Assembly: GCA_951406725.2 (NCBI GenBank)
Contig: OX597819.1
Location: forward strand, 35,216,001 to 35,280,000
Direction of reading: 5' to 3'
From: Octopus vulgaris
Lineage: Eukaryota
DNA length: 64,000 nt
Part shown: positions 26,168 to 39,749 of the stretch, in pieces
How positions within the stretch are numbered: the stretch's first letter is position 1
Layout: each line of letters opens with the position of its first letter
Program-made: the position numbers and the translations under genes
Notes under the pieces: model-generated
What the model was told of the DNA's origin: nothing
Database searches by the model: none
Seen by the model: only the letters and a program-made list of their open reading frames with translations

Positions 26168-26290
26168 TTAGATGTTCTTGCTGTATCCCAAGTGTGGCCA
26201 AGTGAGACTATAGATATTGTCCAACCATCTTGTCCTTCTACCTCTAAATCTCCTGCTTGTTGGCTCAGCTTGGAAGAATCTGCTTTGTGA
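26168..26290 (-). mobile_element. RTE-like LINE 3' ORF fragment
   Basis: SRRFRGRRTRWLDNI resembles the RTE C-terminal GxRxRGRPxxRWxD motif. Confidence 0.5.
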
Positions 26291-26665
26291 TTCCTTTCTG
26301 TGACATTCAAATCTTATTTCTGTAGTATTGGAGAAATCTGTAGAAATTGTAGTATTTCTTGTCAAAGAATGTTACTCCCGAAATTAGCATTGGGTTAGTC
26401 AAGGAATGTTACTCCAGAGATTAGCATTGGGAAAGGACTATACTCATAACCTTTGCTCTCCTTCCAAGATTAACAAGACTGATTTGGCTAATGTTTCTTC
26501 TGAACAGTTGCAAATTGATAGTTGTAGGATAAACATGGGTTGAGAAGAAATTCTGAAGTAAGGATTGTGTTCAGTGCAGGACATAGGGAGGTGGAATGTA
26601 TAGAATATAATGGTGAAGAGGAAGAGAGAGATGAGTAAGTTGGAATGTGTTGGTGAGTTGATTGG

Positions 26666-27009
26666 GTACACGGACGGGATGCCGAATGCACTTTTGCCAA
26701 AGGAAAAGACTCTGAAGCCAAGAAGTGAAACGAACATAAAGCCAAATGGACAAGATGCCAAAAAGACAAATGAAAATTAAAATGTATGATAATCATTTTA
26801 TTCCTACAATATGACCATTTGACAAACTGAATTGGTCATTGAACTATGTAGGTAGGAATGGTTTTTTTTATTATTGTGTCCGTTCGGCTTTATGTCCATT
26901 TGGCATTGTGTCTTTTGAGCTTCTTGGCTTTGGCATTGTGTCTTTTGAGCTTCTTGGCTTCAGCTCCTTGTCCTTTGGCAAAAGTGCATAGGGCATCCTG
27001 TCTATGCAT
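26666..27009. mobile_element. MITE with ~55-bp TIRs and subterminal short repeats
   Basis: GGATGCCGAATGCACTTTTGCCAAAGGA..GAAGCCAAGAAG versus CTTCTTGGCTTC..TCCTTTGGCAAAAGTGCATAGGGCATCC. Confidence 0.75.
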
Positions 27010-28207
27010 GGTTGATTGGCTTATTTTTGGATATCTGTATGTATAGCAGCAACCTCATCCCAGAGGAAGAAACAGTACTCCAATGTACACATCTGTAAAT
27101 GAATACCTGATCATATGTAATATAGTTTTACATACAGGTGTAGGCATGGCTATGTGTGAAGAAGTTTGCTTTCCATAGTTTCAGGTTCAGTCCCATAGCA
27201 TGACACCTTGGGCAAGTGTCTTCTATTATAGTCCTGAGCCAACCAAAGTTGTGCGAGTGTATTTGGTAGATGGAAACTGCAAGAAGTTAGTATGTGTGTG
27301 TGTATCTTTGTGTATGTGCTTATCCCTTACCACTGCTTGACAACTGGTGTTTATGTCCCTATAACTTAGTGGTTCAGCAAAAGAGACTGATAGAATAAGT
27401 ACTAGGCTTTTTAAAAAATGAGTGTGTAAGTACTGGAGTTGATTTATTCGACTTCAAGGCAGTGCCCCTAATGTGGCTGCATTGTGATCCAATGACTGAA
27501 ATAATTAAAAGATAAAAGATATGTATTGCATGTTCTAATATATTTATATGCCTGTGTAGATAACTGAAACAGGTTTTGTATTCAGATCCTGTTGGGTTCA
27601 GTATAATAAGTACTTGCTTTGATCAAGGTTATGTCCTGTAATGCAGGACTTATGATCAAAGGCATTTCAGTCTTAACTATTGTGTCTTTTTGTTTGTCTA
27701 TGATTATATTGTCCAGTGTGTCATTCCTCTTTGACTATAGGGTGTGATTTGAAGGAGATTTGGTTGTTATTTCTAGCAAGTTGAGTGATGTTGGAGTTGT
27801 TTCTGGTATTTATATTTGCCCTCCCCCCCAAAAAAAAAACTATTGTGTGTGTGTAAAACTCTTTTAGTTGTTAGTCTTCTCATCAAAATGGTTTCAAATT
27901 CATTATCAAATTTTTCTCTGTGGTAGTGCTGCATTTAGTTTTAGTCAAATTTGTGTTTTTGACATTGACAAATATAAACAGAGCACCATCTTGTTGCTGC
28001 TTTATAACTTTTATGATGTATTAAATTTGAGCCGGATATTATGAGCAAACATATCTATAGATGCTTACTCCAGTGTTATGTCAAGTTTATTAGTCCTATT
28101 CTTTAACACTATTTGTTCATGTTGATCTACATACTACAGTCTTCAGTATGCAGTTGTTCCTAAAGACAATTGCTGGTCAGTGGAACTGTTTACTCTTGTA
28201 TTTCTCT

Positions 28208-28670
28208 CATCATCATCATCATCATCGTCGTTTAACGTCCGCTTTCCATGCTAGCATGGGTTGGACGGTTCGACTGGGATCTGGGAAGCCAGAAGGCTGC
28301 ACCAGGCTCCAGTCTGATCTGGCAGTGTTTCTACAGCTGGATGCCCTTCCTAACACCAACCACTTCGTGAGTGTAGTGGGTGCTTTTTACGTGCCAGGCA
28401 AGGCTGGCAACGGCCACGATCAGTTAGTGCTTTTTACGTGCCACCGGCACAAAGGCCAGTCGGAGCGGCTCTGGCAACAGCCATGTTCAGATGAATTCTT
28501 TTACGTGCCACTGGCACTGGTATCACAACTACAATTTCAATTGATTTTTGAGCAATTTCGATTTAGATTTCAAAAATCAATGGAAATTGTATTTGTGATA
28601 CCAGTGCCGGTGGCACGTAAAAGAATTCATCCAAACATGGCCATTGCCAGCGCTGCCCTGACTGGCGTTA
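28208..28670 (-). mobile_element. Retroposon (family E) with (TGA)n tail
   Basis: CATCATCGTTTAACGTCCGCTTTCCATGCTAGCATGGGTTGG..CAGCTGGATGCCCTTCCTAAC; relatives at 30196, 61693, 16170, 20320 and 35870. Confidence 0.7.
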
Positions 28671-29562
28671 TACTAAAATCTACATTCCTAAACTTCAGAT
28701 TGATCTTATCAATTTTTTCCCCTTAGTATGTTTCCTAAATGTGAGAGTGTTGAATAGTCTACAGGCAATGTATTTCTTCTAAGGAGGGAGGGAAAAAAAA
28801 GTGAAGAATAATATTTGTAGTCCTTGAATGGAAGATTTTAAATGTGTGTTGTAATCCATAATTTCAAAGGATTCAATATCCAACTGTAGACCTACTTCAC
28901 ATTTCAGAATTTACTAATTGAAGCCATTTTATCCCATTTTTGTGAGTCCATATTATTTCACTTTTAGTAATTAACATAACAATTTAAGATAATTATAGAA
29001 TATCCAAAACTACATGACAAAAAGAGCATTTAGAAGAAATGTCAAAAAGTTAGTAATTCATAAATAATGTAAAACCTGGTAATTGACAATACAAAACATA
29101 ATAAAAAGAAGCAGTCACTGTTTATCATTAGAACATAACAATTGCTGAAATAGCCATATTTGTTCTTTTTAGTGCGTTAGGATTGCTGGTTATAAATGTT
29201 TTAAAGGGATGAACTTGCTTCCCAACCACGTGATGTACCCTTCTGAACCACACAGTCTTCTACTATAGCTTTGGGCCAACCAAGCCTTGTGAGTGAATTT
29301 GGTTGACAGGAACTAAAAGTCTGTTGTGTATGTGTGTAGGATGAAATGATGTATGCTCATTGTCTGTTTGCAAAAAATCATGTTGCAATCAGAATTACAC
29401 GAGGTGTAGTATTTGCTTAAGTAATAGGATAATACACCCAAAGGTTTGCAGTTTTTATCACAGTTAATTATGAGTATTAGTCTAAGGGCCTGAAGATAAA
29501 TTGTTTGCTGAGACTGCATCACACCTTGTAGCAAATTTAATTAGGATGTAATGGTATTTCAA

Positions 29563-29978
29563 AGGCGGCGAGCAGGCAGAGACGTTAGCACACTGGGCGA
29601 AATGCTTAGTGGTATTTCGTTTGCCGCTACGTTCTGAGTTCAAATTCTGCCGAGGTCGACTTTGCCTTTCATCCTTTCGGGGTCGATAAATTAAGTACCA
29701 TTTGCACACTGGAGTCGATATAATCAACTTAATTCGTTTGTCTGTCCTTGTTTGTCCTCTCTGTGTTTAGCCCCTTGTGGGTAGTAAAGAAATAGGTGTT
29801 TCGTCTGCCGCTACGTTCTGTGTTCAAATTCCGCCGAGGTCAACTTTGCCTTTCATCCTTTCGGCGTCGATAAATTAAGTACCAGTTACTCACTGGGGTC
29901 GATATAATCGACTTAATCCGTTTGTCTTTCCTTGTTTGTCCTCTCTGTGTTTAGCCCCTTGTGGATAGTAAAGAAATA
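29563..29978 (+). mobile_element. SINE family A with tandemly duplicated 3' ~180 bp
   Basis: Full unit 29563-29796 followed by partial unit 29797-29978; GGTATTTCAA on both flanks. Confidence 0.85.
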
Positions 29979-30972
29979 GGTATTTCAATGAGTAGCACCT
30001 TCTCAGCTAATGGGTCATTTCTGATCATCAAAGTGTTTGTCTTTTTTCTCTTTTATGATAAATCACCTGGCCTTTCCAATGTTGGACAACATGTCAAGTT
30101 AAATATATCAAGCAATTGCATTGTTAAAACGCTAGTAGACCTAATATTTATGTGAGTGTTTTTTGTTCCATTGTTTTGTTGTCTGTTTGAATTAGAAAAA
30201 GCACCCACTACACTCATGGAGTGGTTGGCATTAGGAAGGGCATCCAGCTGTAGAAACATTGCCAGATCAGACTGGGCCTGGTGCAGCCTTCTGGCTTCCC
30301 AGACCCCAGTTGAACCGTCCAACCCATGCTAGCATGGAAAGCAGACGCTAAACGATGATGATGATGATGTAACTTGATAGTATTCCTTATCATTCCATTG
30401 TAACATTCATTTTGTCCATTTGATGATAGACAGTAAGGAGTCATTCTAGTTGTATGAATATTCCATCTACATAAAAATTTCCCAAATTCAGAAATTTCAA
30501 ATAGAGTACCATGATTTTTGTGAATAGATAAATTAAGATGTGATGTACTAGGCTATGTGATGTACTAGACTAAGCATTTTGCTCCCCTACCACATGGTTT
30601 TTGGGTTCAGTCCCAAGATTGACATCTTGAGCAAGTGACTTCAACTATATTCTGGATCAACCAAAGTCTTGTGAATGGATTTGGTAGATAGAAACTGAAA
30701 GAAGCCTTTTTTTATAAATGTTTGTGTGTGTATATGTGTGTTGCTGTCTTCTTGCTTTGACTTCATGTGATAGCTATAAATGAGTGTCATCATCATGCAA
30801 GCAGTGTTGTTTGTTTCCAGTCTTCCATGAAAACATGTCTGGTCATGGGCAGATATTACCTTACTTAGAAACAGGCTGGTGACAGGAAAGGCACCCAGCT
30901 GTAGAAAAAAATCCATCTCGACAAATTCTTTCCAACCCATGCAAGCAAGGTAAAGAGGATATTAAAATGATG

Positions 30973-31137
30973 GGCGGCGAGCTGGCAAAACCGTTAGCAC
31001 GCCGGGAGAAATGTGTAGCCGTATTTCGGTAAATTAAGTACCAGTTATGCATTGGGGTCGATGTAATCGACTTAATCCGTTTGTCTGTCCTTGTTTGTCC
31101 TCTCTGTGTTTAGCCCCTTGTGGGTAATAAAGAAACA
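30973..31137 (+). mobile_element. Internally deleted SINE family A with 15-bp TSD
   Basis: GATATTAAAATGATG at 30958-30972 and 31138-31152. Confidence 0.85.
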
Positions 31138-31599
31138 GATATTAAAATGATGTTGATGAAAAAAAATTATTAATTAATTGAAAGTTCCCTCTTAATTACA
31201 GAAAGAAAAAAAAAAACAGTAGTGCCTGAAGAAAAAGGGAGATAATTTCAAGAAACTATGAATTGATCTTGCAAAGTTAATTTGCATGTTTAGGAGAATG
31301 AAAGTTTGAACTTGTTTGCAAGCAAGGGACAATTTTGGTCATATTTTAACCTATTGCATTCAACACAGCATAGTTTGCTGAGGTCTTGCAAAAAGATTGC
31401 AAGTAATTTTAAGCCATTGTAATTTACATTATTGAAAAATGAGTCAAAGAAAATAACTCAAAAGGGATTGGAACACTACATTAGATAAATAATAAGGAAC
31501 AGCATTAAATGATAGCTTCAGTAGTTACTTTTCTTAATGCAAATGTAAAAGGGTTATCTGTTAACTCACTGAGTACTGTCAAAATGTAAGAGTTACTCA

Positions 31600-32117
31600 T
31601 CTCCTAATATAATAATGGGCATAGTGTTTTTATATATTTGTGTGTGTGTGTGTGTATATATAATTATATATATGTCCAAAATCATGGAGTAGGAGAAAGA
31701 GTAGTATAAGTAAAGAGAGAGGAGAGAAAATAGTAATTCAGTGAAGGAGAAGTAGTGAGAGTAATAGCCCTGACCGAGAGAGAGTGAAAGAAAGTAATAG
31801 CAATGGAGAAAGGAAGGGGTGATAGATAAATAAGGAAGGAAGGGGTGAAAAAAAATCAGTGTGTCAACTGTGTGAGTATATGTGTGTGCATGTAAAAGGG
31901 AGGTGTGTGTGCAAGGAAATGGGATGGTGAGCGTTCAATGCTGAAAAGAAAAATCAAACAGCATTTCAACTCTAAGTATATGTGTATATGTGTGTGCATG
32001 TACAAGAGAGGTATGTGAATGTTTGTATCTGTGATTATTATGTACCTTATTGTATACCCTATTTATATATAAAATACTACAATTAGCCATCATTTTTGAC
32101 GGCATAGGGTCAGCTAG
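31600..32117 (+). mobile_element. Non-autonomous Helitron
   Basis: A|TC start, subterminal hairpin GCCATCA..TGACGGC (32086-32103), CTAG|T end; the 5' boundary is less certain. Confidence 0.7.
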
Positions 32118-33761
32118 TTTTTAATAATTGGTTTTGGTCTCTCAATATCAGCTGACAGTCATTGTTAAGATTTTGTTGATTGTAGAAGGACGGCCTTTTG
32201 TAATTTTGATTAACCTAAAGGTGATGACTGTCTGTTGTTTTGAATGTTTGTAAATTATGTTATTAAATTTTGTATTAAAAAAAAACAAAACTCAGGTAGC
32301 AGGAACAGTCAAATATGGAGGCTTAAATTCGCTAAAACTGTGTTATTACAGAAATTCTCAATATAGCAGAGTAATTTATTCTATAAACAACCAAAATTAT
32401 TAGGTGGTAATTGTTTACTTAAATGTTTACAGTTGTTTTTACTTTTCTTCCTATTTTTCTCCAAAATCTTAAACTCTATATCATTTGATATAGTTTGGAA
32501 TATAATTTAATATCAAGCTTTTTCACTCTTCATTAATCAGAGACAATTTACTACCACCTTCAATAAGCCACTATTGGTTGTGTTCATATTCATAATATTA
32601 AAAGAAATTTCTGTTGAGGTGTTTGACAGAATGACACTGATGTTATTGAGGGTTTCTTTTTTTCTTTACACACTTTTGAAAAAGCTTTTCAATATAACTT
32701 AGCAAAATATCCTCTCATCTCAGTATTAATCAACAACATGATATTCTCTAAGATCATGAAAGATTCTTGATTCACATTCAAAACAAATTTTAACCTAAAT
32801 TTAAGCTGATTTCCCAGCAGCAGCAGCAGCAATAGCATTATGGTCATCCATAGCACTAGTAGTAGATTTTTCCTGCTATATGGTAGAAATGGCATTCTGC
32901 AACTTGTAGGCTTTCCTTTCTTTATATGACACAACAAAGGTATGGTAAACTGGTTTTAAATGGCTTCCTTGTTTTGTCCTTTGCAAAAATAAAATAAAAT
33001 AAAACTAAAAAACTTGAAAAGCCACTTGTGCCAATGGTGTAGGAAATTTACAAGGAAAATGATAATGTCAATAATATGTTTATCCAAGCTGTCGTTTCAA
33101 GGAATATACTTTTATTCATTCACTGTCTATGTTTTTGCTGCTAGTAAATGATGCTATGAAATTATTTGTTCTTGAGTAATATGTAGTGCCATTTCAGCCT
33201 CTACATTTATAATTTTAGACCACTCTGAATAATAACCAGCTGCTGTAATGCCTTGTTTTAATATACTGAACTTTACTGTTAGTAATTAACATAACAATAT
33301 GAGATAATTATAGAATATCCAGTACTACAATATGTCTAGTTGTGGTACTGATTACAAATTTGTTATTTATTCTTATGACCCAGAAATCTATAAACTGTGA
33401 AGGATTAATTACTGTAATTAGTAATTTAACATCTGTTTTATTATGCCTAAGTAAGACTAAGTATGACAATTTGAACCTCAAGCCAGTTACAGAACAGGAC
33501 CATTTGATTTTATTCTTCTATGTTGATTATATTTTCAACATTTACACTTTTATTTTTCATATTGCATGCAACATTTGTGAAGTTATAGTTTCTTAGTCCT
33601 TAAAATATTTTTTTTCTTTCCATCTCTTTCCTTTTCTGTATGTAGATGGAGTTCAAACAAAATATATTATTCTCTAGTTCATTTTCTAGTCATGCTCAGC
33701 TACAATTTAATTTTAGAAATAATATTTATACTAACAAATAATCTCACTCTGTCTAAATCAG

Positions 33762-33829
33762 TTGGCGATATTTTGCAAGAAGAGCTTTAGCAATGAAAAA
33801 CAAGAATAATGAAACGTAAACATTATTTG
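33762..33829 (+). other. Candidate 68-nt stop-containing cassette exon X
   Basis: Consensus branch point TACTAAC at 33729-33735, cag acceptor, TTG|gtaagt donor; stops in all frames, longest reading SWRYFARRALAMKNKNNET*. Confidence 0.5.
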
Positions 33830-34752
33830 GTAAGTTGGTTTAGTTGTTGCCTCATTTGTTTTATATATTGTGATAATTGTAGCTCTTAAAAGTAGTCACT
33901 GTCTGGATGTTGCACTGCAGTGGTAAAAATGAATATTCCAGAATCTGAATATGATGCCCAATTTAAGAATGTTTCACATATTTTGTGGAAATAAAAGAAT
34001 CATACTTTTTTTTATAGCAGTTAGAAGAGGAAGTGTAGCACCTACAACCATTATGAAGGCCTCTGAGATTATAATTGGAGAAATAGAGGAAGTTGCTCTT
34101 AGACTGGAACCCTGGCTGCTAAAACCACCCAAGGGTCCTAGGCAGTGGTATTAACCCAGATGACAGATTAAGCCTACCACTTAAGAATAGGAGTAGTTCC
34201 TCTGACAGACTTCCACATAGATTTTGTCTTACAAATTCATAAGGCTTTTGTGAAATTGAAGCTTTAATAAAAATTTAAAAAATTACCCAAGGTGCAGTGC
34301 AGTGGAATCGAACTTGAAAACCAGAAATTGCTTAGTTTTGAAGCAAACTTCTTATCCACTCAACTATGCCTGTGCCTATATTTTATGATTGTAAAGATGT
34401 TCATTACATAAGTTACACAATAGACATACAAATAATATAGTACACCAGACATCGCAATTAAGCTTTTTATATGTTCTTGCTTTCCATGCCAACAGAAATA
34501 TATTTAAATCTGCTAATTATAGTTACATCCTCTTTTCTGTATTAACTTTTTTTCTACAACATATCTAACAACTACAACCATAGAGAAAAAAAATTCAGCT
34601 GTTTTCAAAACCATCTGCTTGTCAGAATTTCAATATGTATTCATAAGGATATCATGTCTATTTCATTCCATTTTATATAACTATATTGTTTCAATGTTGC
34701 AATTTGGGTCTGAGCCATTTTACTACTTCCTTGGGGTTGTTGTATATGTCCA

Positions 34753-35252
34753 ATAGGCAGAATTCTGTTTTAAGCATGTCATGTAATCCCTCACAACTTT
34801 TTTTATTTCTTTGAATTTTCACAAAATTTTTTCTGAATGCATTCTACACATAGGAATTCACACAACTATGGAAAAAAAATTGTTTTTAATTTTTTGAAAT
34901 TTAAAACAGTTTTTAAAAAATTTTTTGAAATTTAAAACAGTTAAAAAAATTTTTTTTCATTTAAAAAAAAATCAGTTTAAAATACAGACAGTCATGATTT
35001 TGGGCTTAAATCCCAGCAATAAACCATTAAATGTGTTTTTGGAAAGAAAAGATAGTGAAAATCATCAATGACAAACAAATGGGGAGGGTATGAGGTGGTT
35101 GTGCTAAAAATAACAGCCCTTAAATTGTACACCAAAATTTTTGTTTTCTTTTTGCATAATTGTAGAAATTCCCATGTGTAGAATACAAATTCGCAAAAGT
35201 TTTCTGAAAATTGCAAAGAAATAAAAAAGTTATGAGGGGTTATATGGTATGT
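34753..35252. mobile_element. MITE/fold-back with ~125-bp TIRs
   Basis: GGCAGAATTCTGTTTTAAGCAT..CATTCTACACATAGGAATT versus AATTCCCATGTGTAGAATAC..GAAGCAGAATTCTGCC. Confidence 0.8.
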
Positions 35253-36096
35253 TTGAAGCAGAATTCTGCCAACCAATATATATTCAGATTAGTAGGAGGA
35301 CCTGTGCTGTGGAAGGGGGATGAGACATCAAGAGGGTGCTATTACAATTTGAACAAATGTGAATGGTTTCTGAACATATTCAAGTGCAATAGTAATTTTT
35401 TAATTTGCCCATTAATGATCTACTATGGATCGAAAGCTTCATCATATATCATTACCAAGTTATCTCTACAGTTTCTAGGTCTATTTGTCCATACTGGCCC
35501 ATTGCAAGTTGCATGGAATTTTCCCATGGTTGGTGATTAGCTTGATCATTGGTACCTAGGTAGAATGTGAAATAGGAATGCAAACAGCTGGAACAAATAC
35601 CACTAGGCTTCTCCTGTTACACTGTAACAATTCTGCTAATCCTCCACTTTATGGTCTCTGATGTTTATTGCTATTGGTCATGCCTCTGGATAATCTTTTT
35701 AAAAGTTCAAGAGGAAGAATTTGTACATGTGTTGACAGTTGGTTTCTTTGTTAATAATTGGAAAATGATTCTTAAATTTCACTCTTTGACAGATCATAGT
35801 ACCCCCTGAGCCATTCCTAATATTACTTATGTAATGCTGGTAATCTATCCTTTATCTTTTCATCTCCTCAAGTTACTTGGTAATCTCACTACTGCTAGTG
35901 TCATGTAAAAAGCAGCCAATACCCTCTGTGAAATGGTTGGTGTCAGGAAGGGCACCCAGTTATAGAAAGCATGCCAAAACAGACAGTTGAGCTTAGTATT
36001 GTTCTCTGAATTGCCAGCTCCTGCCAAACCAATCTATGCCAGCATGGAAAAGGAATGTTACGTAATGATGATGATGATGATCGCATTTCTGAACAT

Positions 36097-36380
36097 ACAT
36101 GGTCTGATCAATAAGTATCTGGGCTGTTGCCATAGTAATGAAGCTAAAGCATGCAGAGTGAAACCACTTGGAGCAAATTGACCATGAACTTTGCTGTGCA
36201 TATGCAATGTTTTAATGTTCTAGCTCACTTCCACTGTTTACAGCAGTGCTTGGAAGGAAGGTGTGTAGCATGTGATCATCACATTGACATTGACAGATAA
36301 AGTTGAGCAGAGAGTCTGCATCAGGTTTTGCCAAAAGCTTGGTGATACCTGCTCAAAGACATACACAAAGTTTTCAGAAA
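36097..36380 (+). mobile_element. Mariner 5' end fragment
   Basis: TIR-like TACATGGTCTGATCAATAAGTATC followed by TDKVEQRVCIRFCQKLGDTCSKTY. Confidence 0.65.
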
Positions 36381-36626
36381 GTTTTCATTGTTCTTGATAC
36401 AGTCAACATCTTGTGCAACTGAAACCTGAGTGTCTTTTTAGTCAGCTGAAATCAGTTTTGGCACAAACTTGGAAATCCTTGTTCAACAATGCATGTTCCA
36501 CATGCTTAGCTATTCTAGAAACAGCTGTAAGAGACTTTACCAGTTTACTATAACTACTCCACACTATGTTTAAATTATAAATTACTACCTCTAAAGTGAT
36601 ACCACGTTTTGCTTATCTGTTCTCTG

Positions 36627-36673
<47 letters not shown>

Positions 36674-38426
36674 CACACACCTGATAAATCATCGTCATTG
36701 GTCTATTGGAATTATTCATGTCATTTCATGCATCAGTTTAGAATTATGTACTTTATCATCATAATTACTCACACCTCTATCATCACTAGTATTGCTAGCG
36801 TCATTGCTATTTTTACCACCACCATCACTATTGTTGCCATCATCATCATTATCATCACATATGCATTTTATAATGCACAAATGCTTAACTTCTCTTCAAG
36901 TTACTTCCTACATTGAATTAAATACTCCCCAAATGGTAAATCTTTACTTCAATTCTGGGATTACTTTCTGTCTTAATTTGTTTTAATCGGTTTGATACCA
37001 ATCTGAGTGAAATCATCACTGGTTCTATGATACAAATCTGCCTGTTTGAAAATGTTCATATTCATATATTAAAATCTTTCGTCATAATTCTATGTAAGAA
37101 GATTTTGTTATGTTTTGATCACAAAATTCATAATTAAAAGTGAGTTATTTTACTAAATCACCTCCACATTCGTTATTATTTTCAATATTAATTGAAACAC
37201 ATGAAAACAAAGCATCACTGTAACTCACAGGTGAGTTTGACTTGGAAATATGTACCATATTTGTGCCAGTTGTTTTAGGTGCCTATGTATGTATATATGT
37301 GTGTGTGTGTGTATGCCCTTGACTCAATGTCATATGATGGTTGTAAATGAGCATCATCGTCATACAAGCGGTCTTGTTTGTTTCCAGTCTGCCATGAAAA
37401 ATATGTCTATGGGGAAATATTACTTTGCCTGGAAAAAGGTGAGTGTTGGTGACAGGCAAGGCATCTGGTGAAAGAATCTGTCTCTACAAAGTTTACATGA
37501 CCCATGCACACACAGAAAAATGGATGCTAACATGATGATGATGTAGTCAGCTCTCAGCCCTTCCACTCATGACTCGGGGGAACATTCAGGATGTGCCAGA
37601 TGGAGGGAGAGACAGTAGCATGAGCACTGGGCTGATACTCATTTTTAGCTGAGTAGACTGGAGCAGTGTGAAAATAAAGTGTCTTGCTCAATTACCATCC
37701 AGTCCAGGAATTGAACCCATAGCCATGAACCCAACAGTGTAGCCGTAAGGACACGTGCCTTCAATTTAAATGCATAGGCTATATATTTTATTAAAAATAT
37801 CATCACACAGGATTTAATATCACTCACCAAATTTTCATCATTCATTTATTTTAATTCACCAGCATCTCACTTATTTCTCTAATGCAGTTAATTAATTTCC
37901 TGAAGCTTCTGTTTTGTTTAGCTTTTTCTATGTGTTTTTGAAAAAAAGCTGCTATCAACCCTTTCACTGTGAAATTAAATTTCATGGTTATTCTAATAAT
38001 GATGTTAGATATCTGCCAAATAGCTATTTATAGCAAGTGACATTGCCTCAACAAAGATATATCTTGGCAAAAAGTAGTTTCAGACATGACTTTCCTCAAC
38101 AAAAGATAAATTGGTATATAAAACTTTCCTCAGTTAAGCATAAGGAAATTTTGAGTGGCAATATATGATTTCCACAGTAATAGTGTTAGGAAAATGAGAT
38201 TTTGCTTTCAAAGATTTATTTTAATCATGAAGTTTAATCCAACTCATAAAATGCAAATACTACTAAATTCTTTATTTCAGTTTTATAAATGAATAAAATA
38301 ATCTTATTTGCTCTTATAATTGGATGAAATATCTGTGTTTAAATAAAAGGAAAAGATTCTGCTACTAAGTTATTGTTGCTCTTCTTTTTCTCAAAATTAT
38401 CATAATTTATTATATTTTCTTTTTAG

Positions 38427-38449
38427 TTTGGTAGGAAAGTATTCTGCAG
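38427..38449 (+). CDS. Candidate 23-nt microexon C
   Basis: ttttctttttag acceptor and CAG|gtaagg donor; reads FGRKVFC or SLVGKYSA. Confidence 0.5.
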
Positions 38450-38826
38450 GTAAGGAAAGCCTAGTGGGTGATGGTGAAGGATACAGATTGCACACATTAT
38501 TCAGTGAAAGTGGCACAAACAAATTTAAAAACCTAGTCTTAATGAGGTGTTAGTGTTTATATTTTCTTAATGCACTCAGTATTTTGTTTTAATGAATTGA
38601 ATAATCCTTTTCAATTCTTATTTTTCTCCCATCCATCTTATCAATATAATTTTTCAATGACATATATTCTATCATTAGTAAAACTGTTCCTCTAGATCTG
38701 TGAAGGAAAGCTAATTGGCCATATATTTAATATGATAGATTTAATGCAGAAATGTTAGAGCTGAACGATTTTTGATATATTTAGTTTTGTTCAGCTATGC
38801 CATTTACTTGTACTTACGGCAACATT

Positions 38827-39160
38827 CACCCTGGGCGGGTTGAGTCGGCTTCTTCCTTGGAAGAAGTTTCGTGGGAATATGTGGATTTCACAAGCAGTCC
38901 CCAACAATCCCGCATGTAGAGACATCCTGTTTGCCACAGATTGTTCGCAGACGCAGGGACAGAATGACTGAGGAGCCGCCAGTTGCCAAAACAGACACTC
39001 TGAGGATTTTCACCTGATCCCCGTCTGATGGGTTGTGGCTCTAATACCACTCGGTGTCAGACCAATCTGCCTTGGGTGGCCCTACCAGGAACTGAAGTTC
39101 CCGATGGCATAGCTTTGACACTACCCGTTGCCAGCGTCCTCACCACGGTGAGGAGGGGAT
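38827..39160 (-). mobile_element. RTE-clade LINE 5' end fragment
   Basis: Minus CCTCACCGTGGTGAGG..AGCTATGCC..GTAGGGCCACCCAAGGC resembles the BovB/RTE 5' leader; GC-rich island. Confidence 0.6.
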
Positions 39161-39749
39161 AGATTTGTCCCTTCATAAATGTAAAAAGAGAAAACCCTAA
39201 AAAACTAGCAGTAATAGTCTTTATAATTTCTCTTGTATGTATTTTGGAAGAATCGCAAGAGTACTTTTGGTTAGTGGTTTTGTATCTGGCGTATTAAGCA
39301 TTTGAGGAGAGCACACTGCAATGGGGTACTAAATTAGCAGATAGGTGACTTCACAATTCTAACATGAAATTTTGTGGAAGGAAATTTGATCGATTGAGGG
39401 ATGAATTCTGTCTACTTATGAGATGCCTTAAATGTACCATTTTGGAGTTGTCATATAAATTCAAATAACACATGTTTTGTTTATTTGTATTTTTTAATGT
39501 TCATATATGCATTTTTTGCCACTAAATTAAAAAATCACATTCATTTTGATATAACATCGATAGTTATTTATTTATTCCTAATTTCATATTTGCTCGTTAT
39601 ATTTGTAACTTTTCTGTACAGCACTTCATTGGTTCAATCTGTTCTAGTATTGTAAGGATAATTACACAACATTTTGTACTTTTTCATATATTGAAAGGTA
39701 TGTGGGAAGTATATTAGTTAGAACAAAAAGAAACAATAAAACTCTGCAT

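Noticed and set aside
28148-28726. 192-aa ORF with poly-His
   Set aside because: Runs through a multi-copy retroposon; poly-His is its (CAT)n tail
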